64,000 nt of DNA. Source: the human T2T-CHM13v2.0 reference genome, Homo sapiens. The notes beneath the pieces were generated by a model. The model did not search any database, was not told where the DNA came from, and worked only from the letters and a program-made list of their open reading frames with translations. Position 1 is the first letter of the stretch; the number at the start of each line of letters is the position of its first letter. Position numbers and translations under genes: made by a program. The stretch is taken from NCBI RefSeq assembly GCF_009914755.1, contig NC_060935.1, one strand, 5' to 3'. Shown here in pieces: positions 13,769 to 27,349 of the stretch.

Positions 13769-16700
13769 TCCTGTTTGTTTGTTTGTTTTTTAATTCAGCC
13801 CTCGAGGCAATTAATTACATGGCAAGGCTTTGTCCAATCTGCACTCTCACTGTGATGCCCAAGTTGAAGAAAGCAGGGAACTACCACAGTGACTAAGAAG
13901 AGTTTCCATGACAGAAGTGAGGCCTTTTAAAATTTGTGGAACATGTTCACGCCTACTTTTAAAATAAAATTCCATGAGATAGGTAGGGCAGATAGTGCCC
14001 ACACATTTTATAGGTTGGGAACTTAAGATACTGAGTGCCTGTTTCCAGGTTTTGTTTAGGGGCAAATGGCAGAATCAAGACCAGAACTGTCACTCTCAGC
14101 TTAAGTTCTGACTTTTTGGTTGGTGTTGGTTGGAACTCAGAGTCTAGCATGGGTTTTTTAATTACATAAAATAAAGACTGTGAAGCTACCTTCTTGTTTT
14201 ACATCCAGATCCTTTCCTGAGTCTCTCTGTTTTGGGCTAGTTCATAATTGAGCTTCCTTGATATTGAGTCATTTGGGAATTGGGAATGACATAAGCCACT
14301 CATCTTATTACTGTTGGTCTCTCACCAGTCCACATTTTAGAGATATCTAGGTCCCTGAGAGAATCCCAAATATTATTTCAGTTCTCCTGTAGCTCATGAA
14401 GCCATAAATATTTCACCTCACCCAGGAGAATCAAAGCATTTTCACATTGGTTCTTACTGGGGAGTTGAGATATGGGTAAGTAATAGGAGTCCCATTCCTG
14501 CTTTGGCTGGGGTTCGGGTCTCCAATTTCACTGCCAGTGTGTCTCTAAATCTACACAGTGGGACAGTGGCTACAGCAGACATCACTCAGCTCCCCACTCC
14601 TGACTTGAGACCTTCCACTAGTTGCCCCTTCCCCTAAAAACAGAGTGATGTCATAATGGTATCAGAATGGCACTTGCTGATAACAACACAGAAATAACAA
14701 GGGCAGACTTTCTGCAGTGTCTCCTGAGCAATTGGTTGTCATTGTCCTAAACAGAGCAGCTAGGTTAAAAAGATTTATCCATAATGTAACCTCCTGGCCC
14801 TCAGCTATGGGTGGAAGCAGCACTTTCTGGTTTGACCTCCTAATACCACAAACTCCACTTTGCCAGAAAAGTGACTTCTTGATGAATAGTCTGTTCAGAT
14901 AGGCCAATTTGGAGTATATTCATATTTGGCCACCTGCTGGTAAGACTGATCATCCCCTTGCCCAGCTGTAGCTTTGAGCATCTGCCCCCATGTTGCCCCC
15001 ATCCCCAGTAAAGCCAAAATGGTCCCATCGAAGGAGGGGAGGGGAGAGCCTGGAAATGAACACTCCCAGGGAATTGTGAGTGATGGAATGTGGATTGCTG
15101 ACACCATGTCCCTTTCCTCTTGCTTGTTGTAGGAGCGTCAATGACCAAGAGGAGACCAGATGAGTTTTCAAAGCAGTCCTCAAACACCCAGGACACACCT
15201 CATCCTTTACCTCGTGCTTTCTGCAATGTTGCTGTTCATGTTCATCTTCCTATTAACATTTGCCATAATAACCCCTCATTGACCACCATCATTCCTCCAT
15301 CCACCACCAACTCAGCTCCTTCTCTAAAGTGCCCTCTAATGGGCAGTGGCTTTGGTCTCTGTTTGGCAAATTATGTCCAGAGGGTTAACATTAATTTCTC
15401 TTTCTCCTATTCCTCCCTCATGCTAGATTCAGTCCATCACTCAGCCTCCTGTCAGGAAAACCATAGCAAATCCTACTTTCTGCTAAAATGAAGTTACAAG
15501 ACACTTTTCCAGAGTAGTCACACTCAATGAAGGGACCCAGGGTGTATCTGAGTGTGATGTAATTGAAACCACATGGAAAGACTAGAAATACCTTGCTCCC
15601 AGTCAGATATAGTGAAACAGCTTACTCAAGACTGGACTAAGATTTAGAATATAGGGGGGCTAGGGAGGAGAAAGAGAAAGATCCTCAGAAGTGGATTGTC
15701 CCTGAATACAGGATGAAATCATCTAGATTTTTTTCTCCAATTAAATTTGCATTTCATTCAACCACATTGCAATGGCTTCATACTGGGCATTTTCATTTGA
15801 GACCCAAGGCTTTTCTTCATGGGTCCTGAGCCACAGGTTCCTGGATGGTGAGGTAAGTGGCATTTGCCCGCACTGTCTAGGGTGGTTTGTAGTGCTTTGA
15901 TAAACCCTGTGCTGATGAGTCAGATCCACCCTGTTAGGCCCTAAAATTTGTCCTCTATTGGTCCCTCTTTACCCAAATGCTCTTCAGGGATCCTAGCCCA
16001 GACATAGATGTTAGTCCAGCCTCACAATGTTAATTTAGACCTCTATAAAACCAAAACAGATCCTGAGGATTGACCAAACCAGAATTTGTTGTCTCTTTCT
16101 CAAAGACAATCACTACTACAAAAAGTGTAGCTCTCTGAAAACCCACCATACCTAGAAAGTGTATTTTCTCCCCTCCCCTTTTCTTTCTACTTTTATAGGT
16201 AAGCTAGCACTGATGGAAGATACCAGGTTTTCAAATGTGAACTGAAGTCTCTCTTCTCATGACAAGATTCAGATCCAATTCATTATTTAACTAATAGCCT
16301 CTCCAATAAGTACAAAAAATCTTGCCTATCCAGCAGATATGTTAGTCCATTATTCCTCTATGTCCCCCAGCCTATACTTATTAGACTAGGAATTAAAGAA
16401 ATACAATCCCCATTCTTTACTCTTGGCCTACCAGATATAGTGATCCAAGCTTAGTAGATCAGCAGCTAATTGCAAGGCTGCTTTAATAGTGAATGAATAA
16501 AAAGTTCTGCTAATTCAGACCTACCCAACACCCATGAATTTGTGATTGAGCTATCTCTCTGCCTGCTGAATTCAGGTAGATAAACAACTGTCCTTCAACC
16601 ACAAGGTTAAGGCTAAACTTATGCAGGTATCTCTAAACATGCTGCAGATTGTTCTTTTCTCTCTGTGGCCATGCTTCCCAACCCCTGACACCTTTCTATT

Positions 16701-17839
16701 TAGCCTCTGCTAAGCTCAAGTGTGCTGGAATCCTGATCCCTGCCCCAGCCTCAGCCCCCTATCATGTGCTTGCTTTAGCTCCCCTGTCTTTGCTGAGATC
16801 CTCACCATGAAACCAACTCTAGGTATTCCTGAGTGACTCTCTAGGTTCTCATTCTCTCCAATGTGCCTTTTATCAGCAAGGCATGGGAAAACCTATCATC
16901 TGGTTCTCCAAGGTGTCCAGCAGTTAGAATGGCTGAGAGGAGGGCATTTGAGTTTGCCCATCGATAATGGGGTTGTGCGAAAAGCAGATATTGTCTCAAC
17001 TGTTCTGAAGTTGAACAATGTTACTTTCAGGTGAATAGACTGTTGAGACTATTTTGAGTTGTTGATGGCAACCAAAAAAAAAGGGGGAAGGGGTGGAATT
17101 ACAGTCACTTTCCTCCAGCATCCAGTGGTCCTTAAAACTTCCACCCTCAAATCTCCAAATATGCTGGCTTCTAAGAAGTGCTTTCCAAGACCGAATATAC
17201 TTCTTGATCAGGGTAAGTGATGAAAATGTGTATTTAACAAGGGGAGGGGATCTTGAAATAGCCTGAATTATGCATGCTGTGGCCTATCTACCCCCACCGT
17301 GCTAATGGCTCAGCCTATAAAGTTTTCAGAATCAGAAAAATAATCAGAGATGCTAGTTTCTGAAGGAGCGACGGAGGACTAGGATGACTAGCTAACTCAA
17401 GGTGCATGTAGACTTTCTGCTGTTCTTACTTTAGGAAAGGTTTCTTGGAAGACTGGACCAGGGAGTTCCTAATTCTTCCCTGGACCATCTCAGGGGCATC
17501 CTCGGTGTGAGTGGAAGCATGCTTGGATGCAGCAGCCTGAATGAATGTCAAGTTCACTGCATCTCCACCACAAACTGGTTGGTTTCAGGCAAATCCCTTG
17601 AGTTTTGGATGAGGCTAAACCAGCTAGGGCTTTCCTTGAAATAGGATGGAGGGGTCTCTTCTCACAGGCAGAGAGCCTTATTCAGGGGGCATCTATTCGC
17701 TAACAGGCTTCTTAGGAGGAATAGATCAGTCTCGTTATTCAGAAAATGTCTGAGAAAGTCCCAGACACCTCCAACTCCACATGTTGGGGGATAGACCTGG
17801 AATATTAAAGATCAGAGGTTGGAATCGAGGCAACATGAT

Positions 17840-18140
17840 GGAGTGATGTGGCATGAGTATTGGAGCCATACAGATATGAATTTGATCTGATCCTTAGTTT
17901 TGTAACTTCAAGTTCTAAGACTTTTAGACAAGCTGTTTAAACGTTATGGTCTCCATTTCCCTAGCTTTCAAATGGGAAAAATAATAACTGTTTTGGGAGT
18001 GATTTCTATGCTCAACAAGCCTAAGGGGTAGGTACCATTATCATAATGACACCTAGAGAATTGCCTTAAGGATTAAATAAAGCTTCTTATGTAAAAGTGT
18101 CCGGCACAGTGTCTGGCATATAGTTGAAGCTGAAAAACTA
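17840..18140 (+). mobile_element. MIR SINE
   Basis: Degenerate MIR core; 3' part aaggattaaataa...tgtaaaagtgtccggcacagtgtctggcatatag. Confidence 0.65.
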
Positions 18141-20699
18141 TTGGTTTCTTCTCTCTCCCTCTTTTCCTTAGGCCAAAATAGTTCTGCTCCCTGATGAAGA
18201 CACCTTTAGGAAAAGAGGAATCCTTTTCCTAGACTTCCTCCCTGAGGGACTTCCCTTGGTTGATATCATGGGAGCTGGACTGTTTTTCCTTCTCCAAATC
18301 CAGTACATTACCTACTGGCATTTTTCGTGGTGCTTGGGGAGGAGACAGTCGACGCAGGCAGGAGTTTCTGGGCTTCGCTCACCCTGAAAGAGAGGAGACT
18401 CAGTTCTTTTCAAGGGCTTCGTGATAAGCAGCCTACTCCCACAAGCCCTCTGGGGGAGCATTGGGGGAACGAGTCCTCCTCATGCTTGGGATGCTCTGGA
18501 ATGAGCTGGCAATGCAGAAGGCGGTTTTCACCTTGGACAGGTTCCACATCAGTCTATTCATTTGCAGGGTCTTTAGCTTGACTGCTCAGACAGGAATTGG
18601 GCACCACAGCCCTTAGTACAGGATGATGAGACAGCTCGGGAAGCCAATTTCACCAGCTCCAGCCCAGACATCCTCCAAAGGACCTGACTGAGGAGTAGGG
18701 GAAATGGAGATGCTAGCTATGGAGGTCTAACTTTCTGCAGATGTTTCTGCGGAGCTTCCAAGCCCCTCTCTGTCTTGATTACTGGAGCAAGACAGAAACA
18801 AGGCAGAGAGGCGCCCTCTTCTGGGAGGGAGGAGCAAAGACATTGAATCCACCAGGAAGCCGGCGTTACACCAGCATAATTTTGGCTGCTGCCCTTAAAG
18901 TTCTGATGTGCATTTCTTCCATTTCCAACGCTACCTTACTTGTTAGGACTAGATTCTGGGTTTGCTTAAAAGTTGTTAAGTGATTTTAAATGAATCTGTC
19001 TTGATCTCAACATCAGACACAATAACACTCAGCCACTATATACAGCATAGAAAGCAGTTACATTCTAAAGTGCCCTGCTCTGTATAGTTTCAATAGTCCA
19101 AACAGAAACCATGTGGCTTCTGTGAATGTGCCCACACACATGAATTTATGCTTACACATACCTAATTTCATATCTAAAAACATACCTACTCTGTGCCTTT
19201 AAAAACATGTTTAGCCTGACATTTTCATTAATCCAAGGAGACTTTATTGAAACACTGCCGGCGTCTCCTGTCCATCTGGCCACATTTGATGACCCCATGT
19301 GATAAGTCATCTTCAGTGCAAGAACCAGGGCCGCCTCCCTCTCATTGATATTTCTCCTGACTGCACACCTCCCAACTGCAGCAACATTCTCACATGCATG
19401 CATGTATGCAATCGTGAGCTAAAAATAAACAGCTGCTGATGGGCTGCCAGAGGGTGTCCTCCATACACAGCAGACGTCCTCTGTCTCCCTTTAGTAGGCA
19501 CAGCTAAAGCCACAGACAGGAATTGAGGGTAGTGGATGGGCTAAGCTTAACCCCAAATCTCTCAGGCAAGTTACAAAGAGTAGGAGATCCTGAAAAGGGA
19601 GATGACACAGCTGAGGCCCATGATCATTCTCTCCCAGGCCTTGTGCCCCAAATCCAAGTGATAACCTCTGGAAAAGTGTTTACTGGCATCAAAGGAAACC
19701 ATTGCAGGGAAGGTCGATAATTAGGGTTAAGAAAGAAGATCAGCCATTCCTCCAGCCATGATTGTAAATAGCTCTCTGCTTTCTGGTTTTCCCCCTCTCA
19801 GGGCAGAAGTTATCCAAGTGGATCTAGGATATGTGTGCATTTAAGGAGGGTGATTTGTGTGCATGTGGTTTTGTTCAGATCTTCCAATCTGCAAGAATTC
19901 TCCCCACCTCCATCACTCATCAATCAAGAAACCCTTTGTCATGCTGAGGTGTGGCATTTCTTCTGCTGAAAACCTCAGATTCAGACACACCCCACACACC
20001 CTGAGACACACACATCCACACACACATGCACACCCTTCCTCACCCTTAGGAAGCAAGCTCCATTCAGATTGGTTTAAAAATAGCACTAATCCATTGAGCT
20101 CATTTTTCAGGGACATTATTTTAAGCAGAAAAAAGATATCCTGGTCTTTGAGAGGGAGAAAGGGTAAACGTCACCTCGCCTTAAAAAGTCCTGATAATGT
20201 CGCTGGAGACTAAGCATTTGCAGTCTTTGTTGAATTTTCTCCTCCTCCTACCATTCAACAAAAGTTATTTATTCCAGAATACCCTGCTATCTGGGTATTT
20301 ATAGAGGTGAGTTTCCTCTTCGGGTGGAGAGCAGAGGGGAAAGCCGCAGTAGCAAGCCGGACACTCCCCTCTGGGCGCTCCCCACCGCCAGAACTGACGC
20401 CTTCGAGGGCGGTGGATTTGTGAATCAGCTCCCCTTTCCCCCACACAGGGGAGCCCCTAAATGGCTGCTGGCCATTTGCAAAGGGTTGTGTGCATGTGTG
20501 TATTTAATTGCAGGCTTATTTGTTTCTGCTCTGGGAGTCTGTCCGTCTCTCTGTAACTCGGATCATTGCTCTCTGGGAAGCTGTATAACTGGCTGATTCC
20601 GTGGGAGACCAGGCAGGATGCGTGGGCGCAGGAAACAGAAGAGGGAAAAGGAGGGAGAAAAAGAGAGCAGGAGGGAGAGAGCGGGAGCCTTAGAATCTG

Positions 20700-21150
20700 T
20701 TATTTGCGTCACTCGAGGAGCCGGGGCTATCTGCCCGACAAACACACAGAATTAATCCGAGTTACAGCCATAGCTGTCTATGCTACAGTGACCAGATGAG
20801 AAAGGGCGGGGAAAGGACGCGCGCGGGAGCGTGTGCACGGCCGAGTTTGCATTGGGCGTCTTGGGAGAGTTTGGGGAGGGGGCTGTCCTGCTGGGCACGC
20901 CCCTCGGGGCCCCGCTTGCCCGGTGCAGACTAGGCTGCAGCCTGCTCTGCAGCTGCCCAGCCCAAGCCTGGGGTGGCGCCCGCCTCGGCCGCCTCGCCTG
21001 CTCAGTGGCTGCGTGGAACACAAAGCGCTGTCTCCGAGCAGAAGCGTCTTCTCAGCTGAACCAGACCCACCAAAGAGGAGAATCTGCACGTGACGTCAGT
21101 AGCTGATGACTGACGCAGGCTGGCAAAGGAGACTCAAGGCGGCTGCTCCG
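20700..21150. promoter_or_regulatory. CpG island / promoter-like element with overlapping E-box and CRE
   Basis: High CpG density; CACGTG 21087-21092 overlaps TGACGTCA 21091-21098; TGACGCA 21111-21117; TGCGTCA 20705-20711; GGGCGGGG box near 20804. Confidence 0.7.
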
Positions 21151-22449
21151 CGCTGCCTTCATGAGTCTATTTTCTCCAGCCCCCTCGTAGTGAATTACTA
21201 GAACGCAAAACACACACACAGACACACATATGCAGCTTTCAAAATATACATTTCCAAAGGCGGTGTGTTGCAAACACAACGCGATTTTGCAGAGCGTGGG
21301 TGGGAAACGTGGGAAGGGTATGGATGATTTTTTTTTTCCTCATCTGGGAATCTCCATCGTGGATAGCAATCGCTTCTAGAGCTCTCCTGGGAAGCTCCTC
21401 TGGGGAAGGGGCTATGCCCCCCCACCCCCTACTTTCCTCAGCATGTAGGGAATCTGATCAATGGAGACATGCAGCTCTAAGAATACAACCACTCCAACGC
21501 CTTCTGCTCGGGGAGACTGCGAGGAGCTTGCAACAGGCAGAGACAGATGGGAGTTAACGGGAGGGAGGGAGAATATAAGAAATATTTGGGTATTTTTCTG
21601 ATTTGAAAAACATTTTCTGCAGTTATGCAAGTGAGTCTGGTGGTGCAGGAAAAAAAAGTGAGGAGGGGGCGTTTAATGCACATTTAATGTTTTGGAAGTA
21701 AGGTTCCAGCGAAATGCCTTTGTGTGTGGAGGTTTTTTCAGTACTTGCTAAAAATAGCATCAGGGTTTGATCGTGTTCCAGAAATAAACCGAGGGCTGTA
21801 CTGGGATAAAAAGCCAGCGCGGGTGGAAGAAAACCTGGACATCACCGCATTCCTCCCCCCACAACTATGTCTGGAAATTAATTGTTGGATTTTTCCTCTC
21901 CTCTCTCCTCTTTCCATCCACTTTCTCTTTCCTCCCCCTATGTTTCTCTTTCTCTCTCTTAAGGAGTTCCCGTTTGGGTAAGTAATATTATGTCATGTGC
22001 ATGCCGCAGACTGTGAGTATGAGCTGACGCTTACTTTGTGCATGCTCCGGGGTTCTTTTTTGGCTGCCTTTTTTGCCCCTTCTAAAGAGGATAGTGGGAC
22101 TGACTAGGGGGTAAGGGGTGTAGCTGTGTGCGTGTATATGTGTATAATGAATTTGGGGCTGCATGCAAAGAAACCGAGAGAGGGAATTCTTGCAGAGCCG
22201 GGAATCACCCTGACGAATCTCTGAATCAATAGCTGCTGCAACTCTCTCTCGCGTTATGGGTCGGCGCTGTTGAGCTCGGTTTTCTCGATGGCCCCCTCCC
22301 CTCCCCATTTTCTCTGTCTTAAAGGATGGCCAGACACGATTTAATGGGCCATATCTCTGAGAGATTAATGGAGACTGTGCAATATAGATCAAAATTGCAT
22401 GGATGGGGTTGGGTAAAGAGAGGGAAAAATCTCTACTCCTTTGACAAAC

Positions 22450-22900
22450 CTCCCTTTTGGTTCCGGTCCGGGAACTAAGGACGGCGACCCTGGTTCGGGC
22501 TGGCCCAAGACTCGGTTGCTGTCCACGGAAGATAGGTGCTGAAAATGCCTTGGTCCTCAGTGAGTTCAGTTCCGTGCGCCAGGGGGCGGGGTTGGCGCCA
22601 GCTGCGGTTAGCCCCGCCCTGGATGCAGGAGAGGGATACGGGGACGAGAGGGTTAAGGATGTTCAAAGGGATAGTCGTGACTTCGGTGAGAGCTTTGGGG
22701 GGAAGGAGGGGTGAGTGGGAAGGAAAGGAAAAAAGATTTAAAGGAGGGGGAGCGAAGTGTTAGATTCGAGGATGAGCCAAGGCCCGGCGTTTCAGGAATG
22801 GAAGGCCAGTGGCTCACCGGCTTTCCCTGCAGAGGCCAGGCACTATCCGGGTCTCCATTCCCAGGATCCCGCACCTTCCCGCCAGTGGGTTTGAAAGATT
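22450..22900. promoter_or_regulatory. Small CpG-rich island
   Basis: GC-rich with unusually frequent CpG and a GC box (ggggcgggg). Confidence 0.5.
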
Positions 22901-24339
22901 TCTCCTCGGTGATGGTGACTCAAAATAAGAGCCTATAGGTTGTTTTATTCGGACCCTCGTCCCCTCCCACTTCATGCCCCCCATACCCCCGTATTCTGTA
23001 ATTCCCGGGAGGTGTGTAAAGTAGTGTGGTGTGGCATTTTTCTTATTATTCCCCCCTTTTCGCATGCTAGTCATAGAAGCCCCAAGTGAGTTGGTGGAAT
23101 TAGTGAATTAGAAGCCAAAGCACAGGAGTTGCTGGTGCGATGCGCAGAGAATCCAAGCTAGGGAACATCGCGGGGCGCCTTAAAGCCAAAAGCTAAAGGA
23201 GTCTAAATCAGCCTGAAGGGAAATTGGGGAGGAGGTGTTCTCTAAGTTGCCAAATGTTATTGGGAATACCATCAGCTCTCTGGGGTTGTGGGCTGGACCC
23301 AGACTGAGATTCAGTGCAGTCAGCTCCAGACACTTTGGCCGAATCTGTGGCCAGACAGGTGAGGAGGGAGGAAGATTATCAGAGGCAGAGGGGGAATGAG
23401 TATCACGCGCACACAAAGACATTCATGCTGATTAACTCCAGGAGAGGGAGAATAAAAGTACATCCTCAAGCTGGCCCGTGAGGATGGGCTGTAGACTGTG
23501 GGAGAAATGAAGCACTCTTGCAGGTCTGCAGTAAGATTTGTGTACGTGCAGGAATATTTTATATGTTTATTAAAAAATATAAACTCGGGACGGTGAGGTA
23601 AGTATTAGTGGGGCTAGCCTTCAGGACAGAGAAGAGACCAGGTCTCTCTGCTTCATTCACCCCTTCCCTTCTGTCAACAGCCTCTGGCTTTAGTGACCTG
23701 ACCCCGATACAGGGTAACAGGGGTGCAGCCCGGGCCGGGGGATGAGAGGGTGGGTGAGTTATGTTTAGCTCAGAAGCCGTCCCTCTCTCGGAAGGTTCCC
23801 TGACTGAGACTGAATATTCAACTCATAATAGTAACAAGGGCTTTTACCGATGTGCAGAATAACACAAATAACGCTGCAACCCACACTTTGTCTTGACAAT
23901 TCAGTTCAAACCAAAGCTGCTCACAGCCTCTCGGCCCACCCCGCGGCCTCCTCGTCATTCACTGGGACCTACTGGTTCCCTTTCCCAAGCCTCGCCCCTC
24001 TCAGCCCTGCAAGTTGCGTGGTTGTGTTTACAAATTCTGCCACAATTGCAAAGGAAATAGGGGTGGGGGGAGCGGTCGGGGCGGGAGTGGTGGTAGCGCC
24101 AATAAAGCACTTGCAACACGTGGAGCGGTGGTTGGGGGGAGGTGTCCAAGAGTCAAGAAGGGGGCGGAGGGACACCCCATGGCCTCATTTCCACCTCCCC
24201 ATTCTTCCCCACCCCTTCTCATTGCTTGGCACAATGCACAAGTTTACCCCCCGAACTGGATCCTATTAAATAATTCAATGGTAGCGGTGTAATTTTGGTT
24301 GGAACCAGCACGGATTCCCAAGTCGTGACTGCAAAAAGT

Positions 24340-25270
24340 GAGTAATGCGCGCTGGCTGCGTCATGGCTCTAGTCACAGTTCATTCCGAACTGAGAAGGAA
24401 TCGTGACTTCGCCTGGAGACGTCCCCTACATGGGAGATGGGGGGCGGGGGGGCACCAAATCAGTGGGGACGGGGGTGGGGGGGAAGACCTATCCAATGAA
24501 AACCGCTGCCAGGGGGGCATTTGAACTCCGTCGCTTGCTGTCTCGCTGTCCCCTCTCTGCCCCGCGCACCTCGCTCCCCCTCCCGGCCGGCGCTCGCAGT
24601 GGCGCGCCTGCTCGCTCTCCCGCTAAGCGACGAGTCTTCAACAAGTTGGAGGAAGGCAGGAACGCAGGGGTTAAGCTCGGAAAGCCGCAATTACCAAGAT
24701 CGTGACCCTCCCACACAGTACAGTAACTTATATACTTACCTGGAAGAACCCGCTTTGCCGCCGGGCAAACACCCGTGGGGGGCGGGGAGGGGCCGGAGGG
24801 AGCGGGCCGGCAGGAGAGGGGCTGCTTCCAGCTGGCTGCAGTGCGGACGGGACCGGCGCGCTCCCGTGGCCCCCAGACCGAGGTAAGGAGCAGGGAGTCG
24901 GCGCCCGGGTCGGCTGGTGGTCGGTCGGCTCACTGGTAGTCGGTCGGCTCACGGGTAGTCTGAGCAGAACTTTTTTTTCCCAGTTGCCCCGCGCCGCGGC
25001 GGCGGCGGGCGCAGACCGCGGAGCCCCTCTGGCGCGGCGGGCGCGCAGACGCTCGGAGGGTGTGTGCTTGCGTCTGTCAGTCCCGGAGCCGAGGGGATGC
25101 CGTGGGAGGGTGAGTGGGTCGCGGAGCTGCAGGAGGGTGATGGATGGGCGAAGGGGGTGGGTCGACAGGGACTTGAAGACAGTGCCTCCACCGTCGAGAG
25201 ACGTTTTCTCCGGGCGTGCTGGGCGAGGGTGGGAGTGTGTGTGCGCGCGCGCGCGCCCGCCCGCACGTCG
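24340..25270. promoter_or_regulatory. Main CpG island; candidate bidirectional promoter
   Basis: Very high GC/CpG, GC boxes, CCAAT near 24493; minus donor CCAG|GTAAGTAT at 24740 and plus donor GAG|GTAAGG at 24882. Confidence 0.75.
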
Positions 25271-26199
25271 ATTCCAGGGTGCCAAAGAACAAATATGGCA
25301 ACTTTCCCCCCAAGTTCTTGCAATGTTTGCAGTAACCCATCCTGGGTGAGGTTTCCCCCACTGGGGGACTATACTGCTAGGGAGGGAGATAGTCAGGACG
25401 TCCCTTAGCCCACACCCTGCTTAGGTACTAATGGGGGGGGGGAGGGGCAGGAGAGGATGTGGGAAGGGTGGCGCTGCACTGCGAAGAAGGGCAACCCCTC
25501 AAAGTTTGGATGGATGGGATGGAGGAGGGGGCCGAGCGGGATGGAGGAAGAGGGAGGGAGGAAGAGGGAGGGAGGGAGAGTGAGGGAAGGAGATCTCCTT
25601 TCTCCCCATCTCTAGTCTTCCCTCCCCTCCTTTCTTCCTCCCGCAGAAGGTGGAATCTCCCGTCGTTGTGGGGTCAGGCAGTCAATGACGGGTTCGCCCC
25701 TTGTTGTTCCCCCTAGCATTCTGCAGAATGGGTAGAGAGTTGGGGGCGGGGGGGTGGGCTGCAGAGTTGAAAGTGCACCTGAGGCGAATGGGCCATTAAA
25801 CACCCAATACTGAGACGGTTTCGGGGAGGATGCGGAGGGAGGAGCTTCACCTAGTTGAGCATTCAGAACTTTGGGTGGGAAAGGGGGTGTTGAGACATTC
25901 TCAATTTTCTAGAAATAGGATGACTAGTGTGGAGTTTGGGTTTATTTTATGTTCATCTTTGTCATTTTTCGTCTGGATCTTCTGGCTTGGGTCCCGTTGG
26001 GAGAGGTCGCTCTCTTAAACCTCTCTTTCCCAATACATCGCGCTACCCCCTCACTTGGGCTGGAATGAGGAGGGGGTCCTGAACCGCTTTTTTTGGCAAC
26101 AACAATATTTTAACATGTTCCAGTCTAGGTTTTGTTGAATAATTAGAAATGGAAATATTTTTTTCTCCCTCCCCCTTCTGAAAAAAAAGGGGGAAATGT

Positions 26200-27030
26200 G
26201 AGCTCTCTTCTGATTGGTGGGTGACGATTTTAGTCCGCACCAATGAGCTGGCGGCCTCGTCTGTATTTATTTAGTGCTCTGGGGGAGTTTTTCTCTTTAC
26301 GCAGCGCCTGTAGTCACGGCTGGAACCTTGGCTGGGGGACTCTGAGGGATAAGAGGGGATTCGGGGGGAATCCGAACTGTACCTGTTCAGAGATCCGCGA
26401 CCTTGCAGCCGGGGCTGGCGGAACTCTGATAGGGAGATAGAGGGATAGGACAGGCAGGCGGGGAGGCTCCGGGTGCTGGGGCGACAGGAAAGGGGTGGAG
26501 GCTGGGCTCCGGGATCCGGGTGCCCCTCTGCGGTCCCCTTCTCGCCCTCCACACACTTCTCTCGGGGCTGAGTTGGGGGATCGCGGACGGTCTGGAGAAA
26601 TGGAGACACGAGTCCAGGGGCGCGGAGGGGCGGGCAGCGCGCGGAGTGGTGAGACTGAGCCGCGATGGAACGCGCTGGGGAGACCCAGCCTGTTCGGCTC
26701 CAGGGTTCGGAGACATCCTGGGCTGAAGGCGGCGGCGAACCGAAGAAGCCGGCATATTCTGCCCTTCGCGAATCTTTTTGCGGTCTGGGCTTGCTGTACA
26801 TAACTCAATAGCCGGAAGCCCTTACCCCAAAAAGCATTTGCGGAGGGCGCACTCGTCGAGAAGACGGCAGCCATCCAGCGATCGCCGAAGCCCGCACCTT
26901 CCCGAAGCTGCTCCATCCGAGCCTTACCCGGCCCTTTCCCCGTTTTCCACGGAAGATTCGGCCCTTTCCCCCGTCCTTTCCGCGGTGCCCGAGGCTTTGG
27001 TCACCTGTCTTCCCTCCGAGCGAGTCCCCC
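26200..27030. promoter_or_regulatory. CpG island with paired CCAAT boxes
   Basis: ATTGG 26213-26217 and CCAAT 26240-26244; CpG-dense from 26380 to 27030. Confidence 0.6.
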
Positions 27031-27349
27031 GCCCCCAACTTTTTAACAGACTTTGTATCACAGGGGGAACTGGAGCAGGTGGGGTGTGTGTGTTTTCGGA
27101 GAAGTGAGAAGAAGCTAAAATGCAATAAAAGTTTACAGAAGTTGTGTCTTCCCCCCAACCCCCGCCCACACCACGAATAACCCCATTCACTCAATGCAAA
27201 GAAAAGGATCTGAGCTTAAGGCCAAGTCAGAACCTGGAATATGAATCAGTTTAGGACATTTTGTGGTCATTTTTGACCGTAATGATCCGATTCTGCAATA
27301 TGGGGGTGGGGAAGCCCTTGAGGGAGGGGCTGGAGGCCCTTAGTATCTT

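Noticed and set aside
14928-14940. CTCF-like motif CCAGCAGGTGGCC (minus strand)
   Set aside because: Partial match only; not supportable without ChIP data
20762-20792. Small hairpin (acagc-cata-gctgt) considered as a pre-miRNA
   Set aside because: Stem far too short; no match to a miRNA I recognise
23487-23499. GGCTGTAGACTGT, complementary to miR-132-3p nt 3-15
   Set aside because: Seed position 2 is mismatched, there is no hairpin or 3'UTR context, and such a match is expected by chance across all miRNAs
24732-24743. U1 snRNA gene or pseudogene (ATACTTACCTGG)
   Set aside because: The match stops after 12 nt; better explained as the complement of a consensus splice donor
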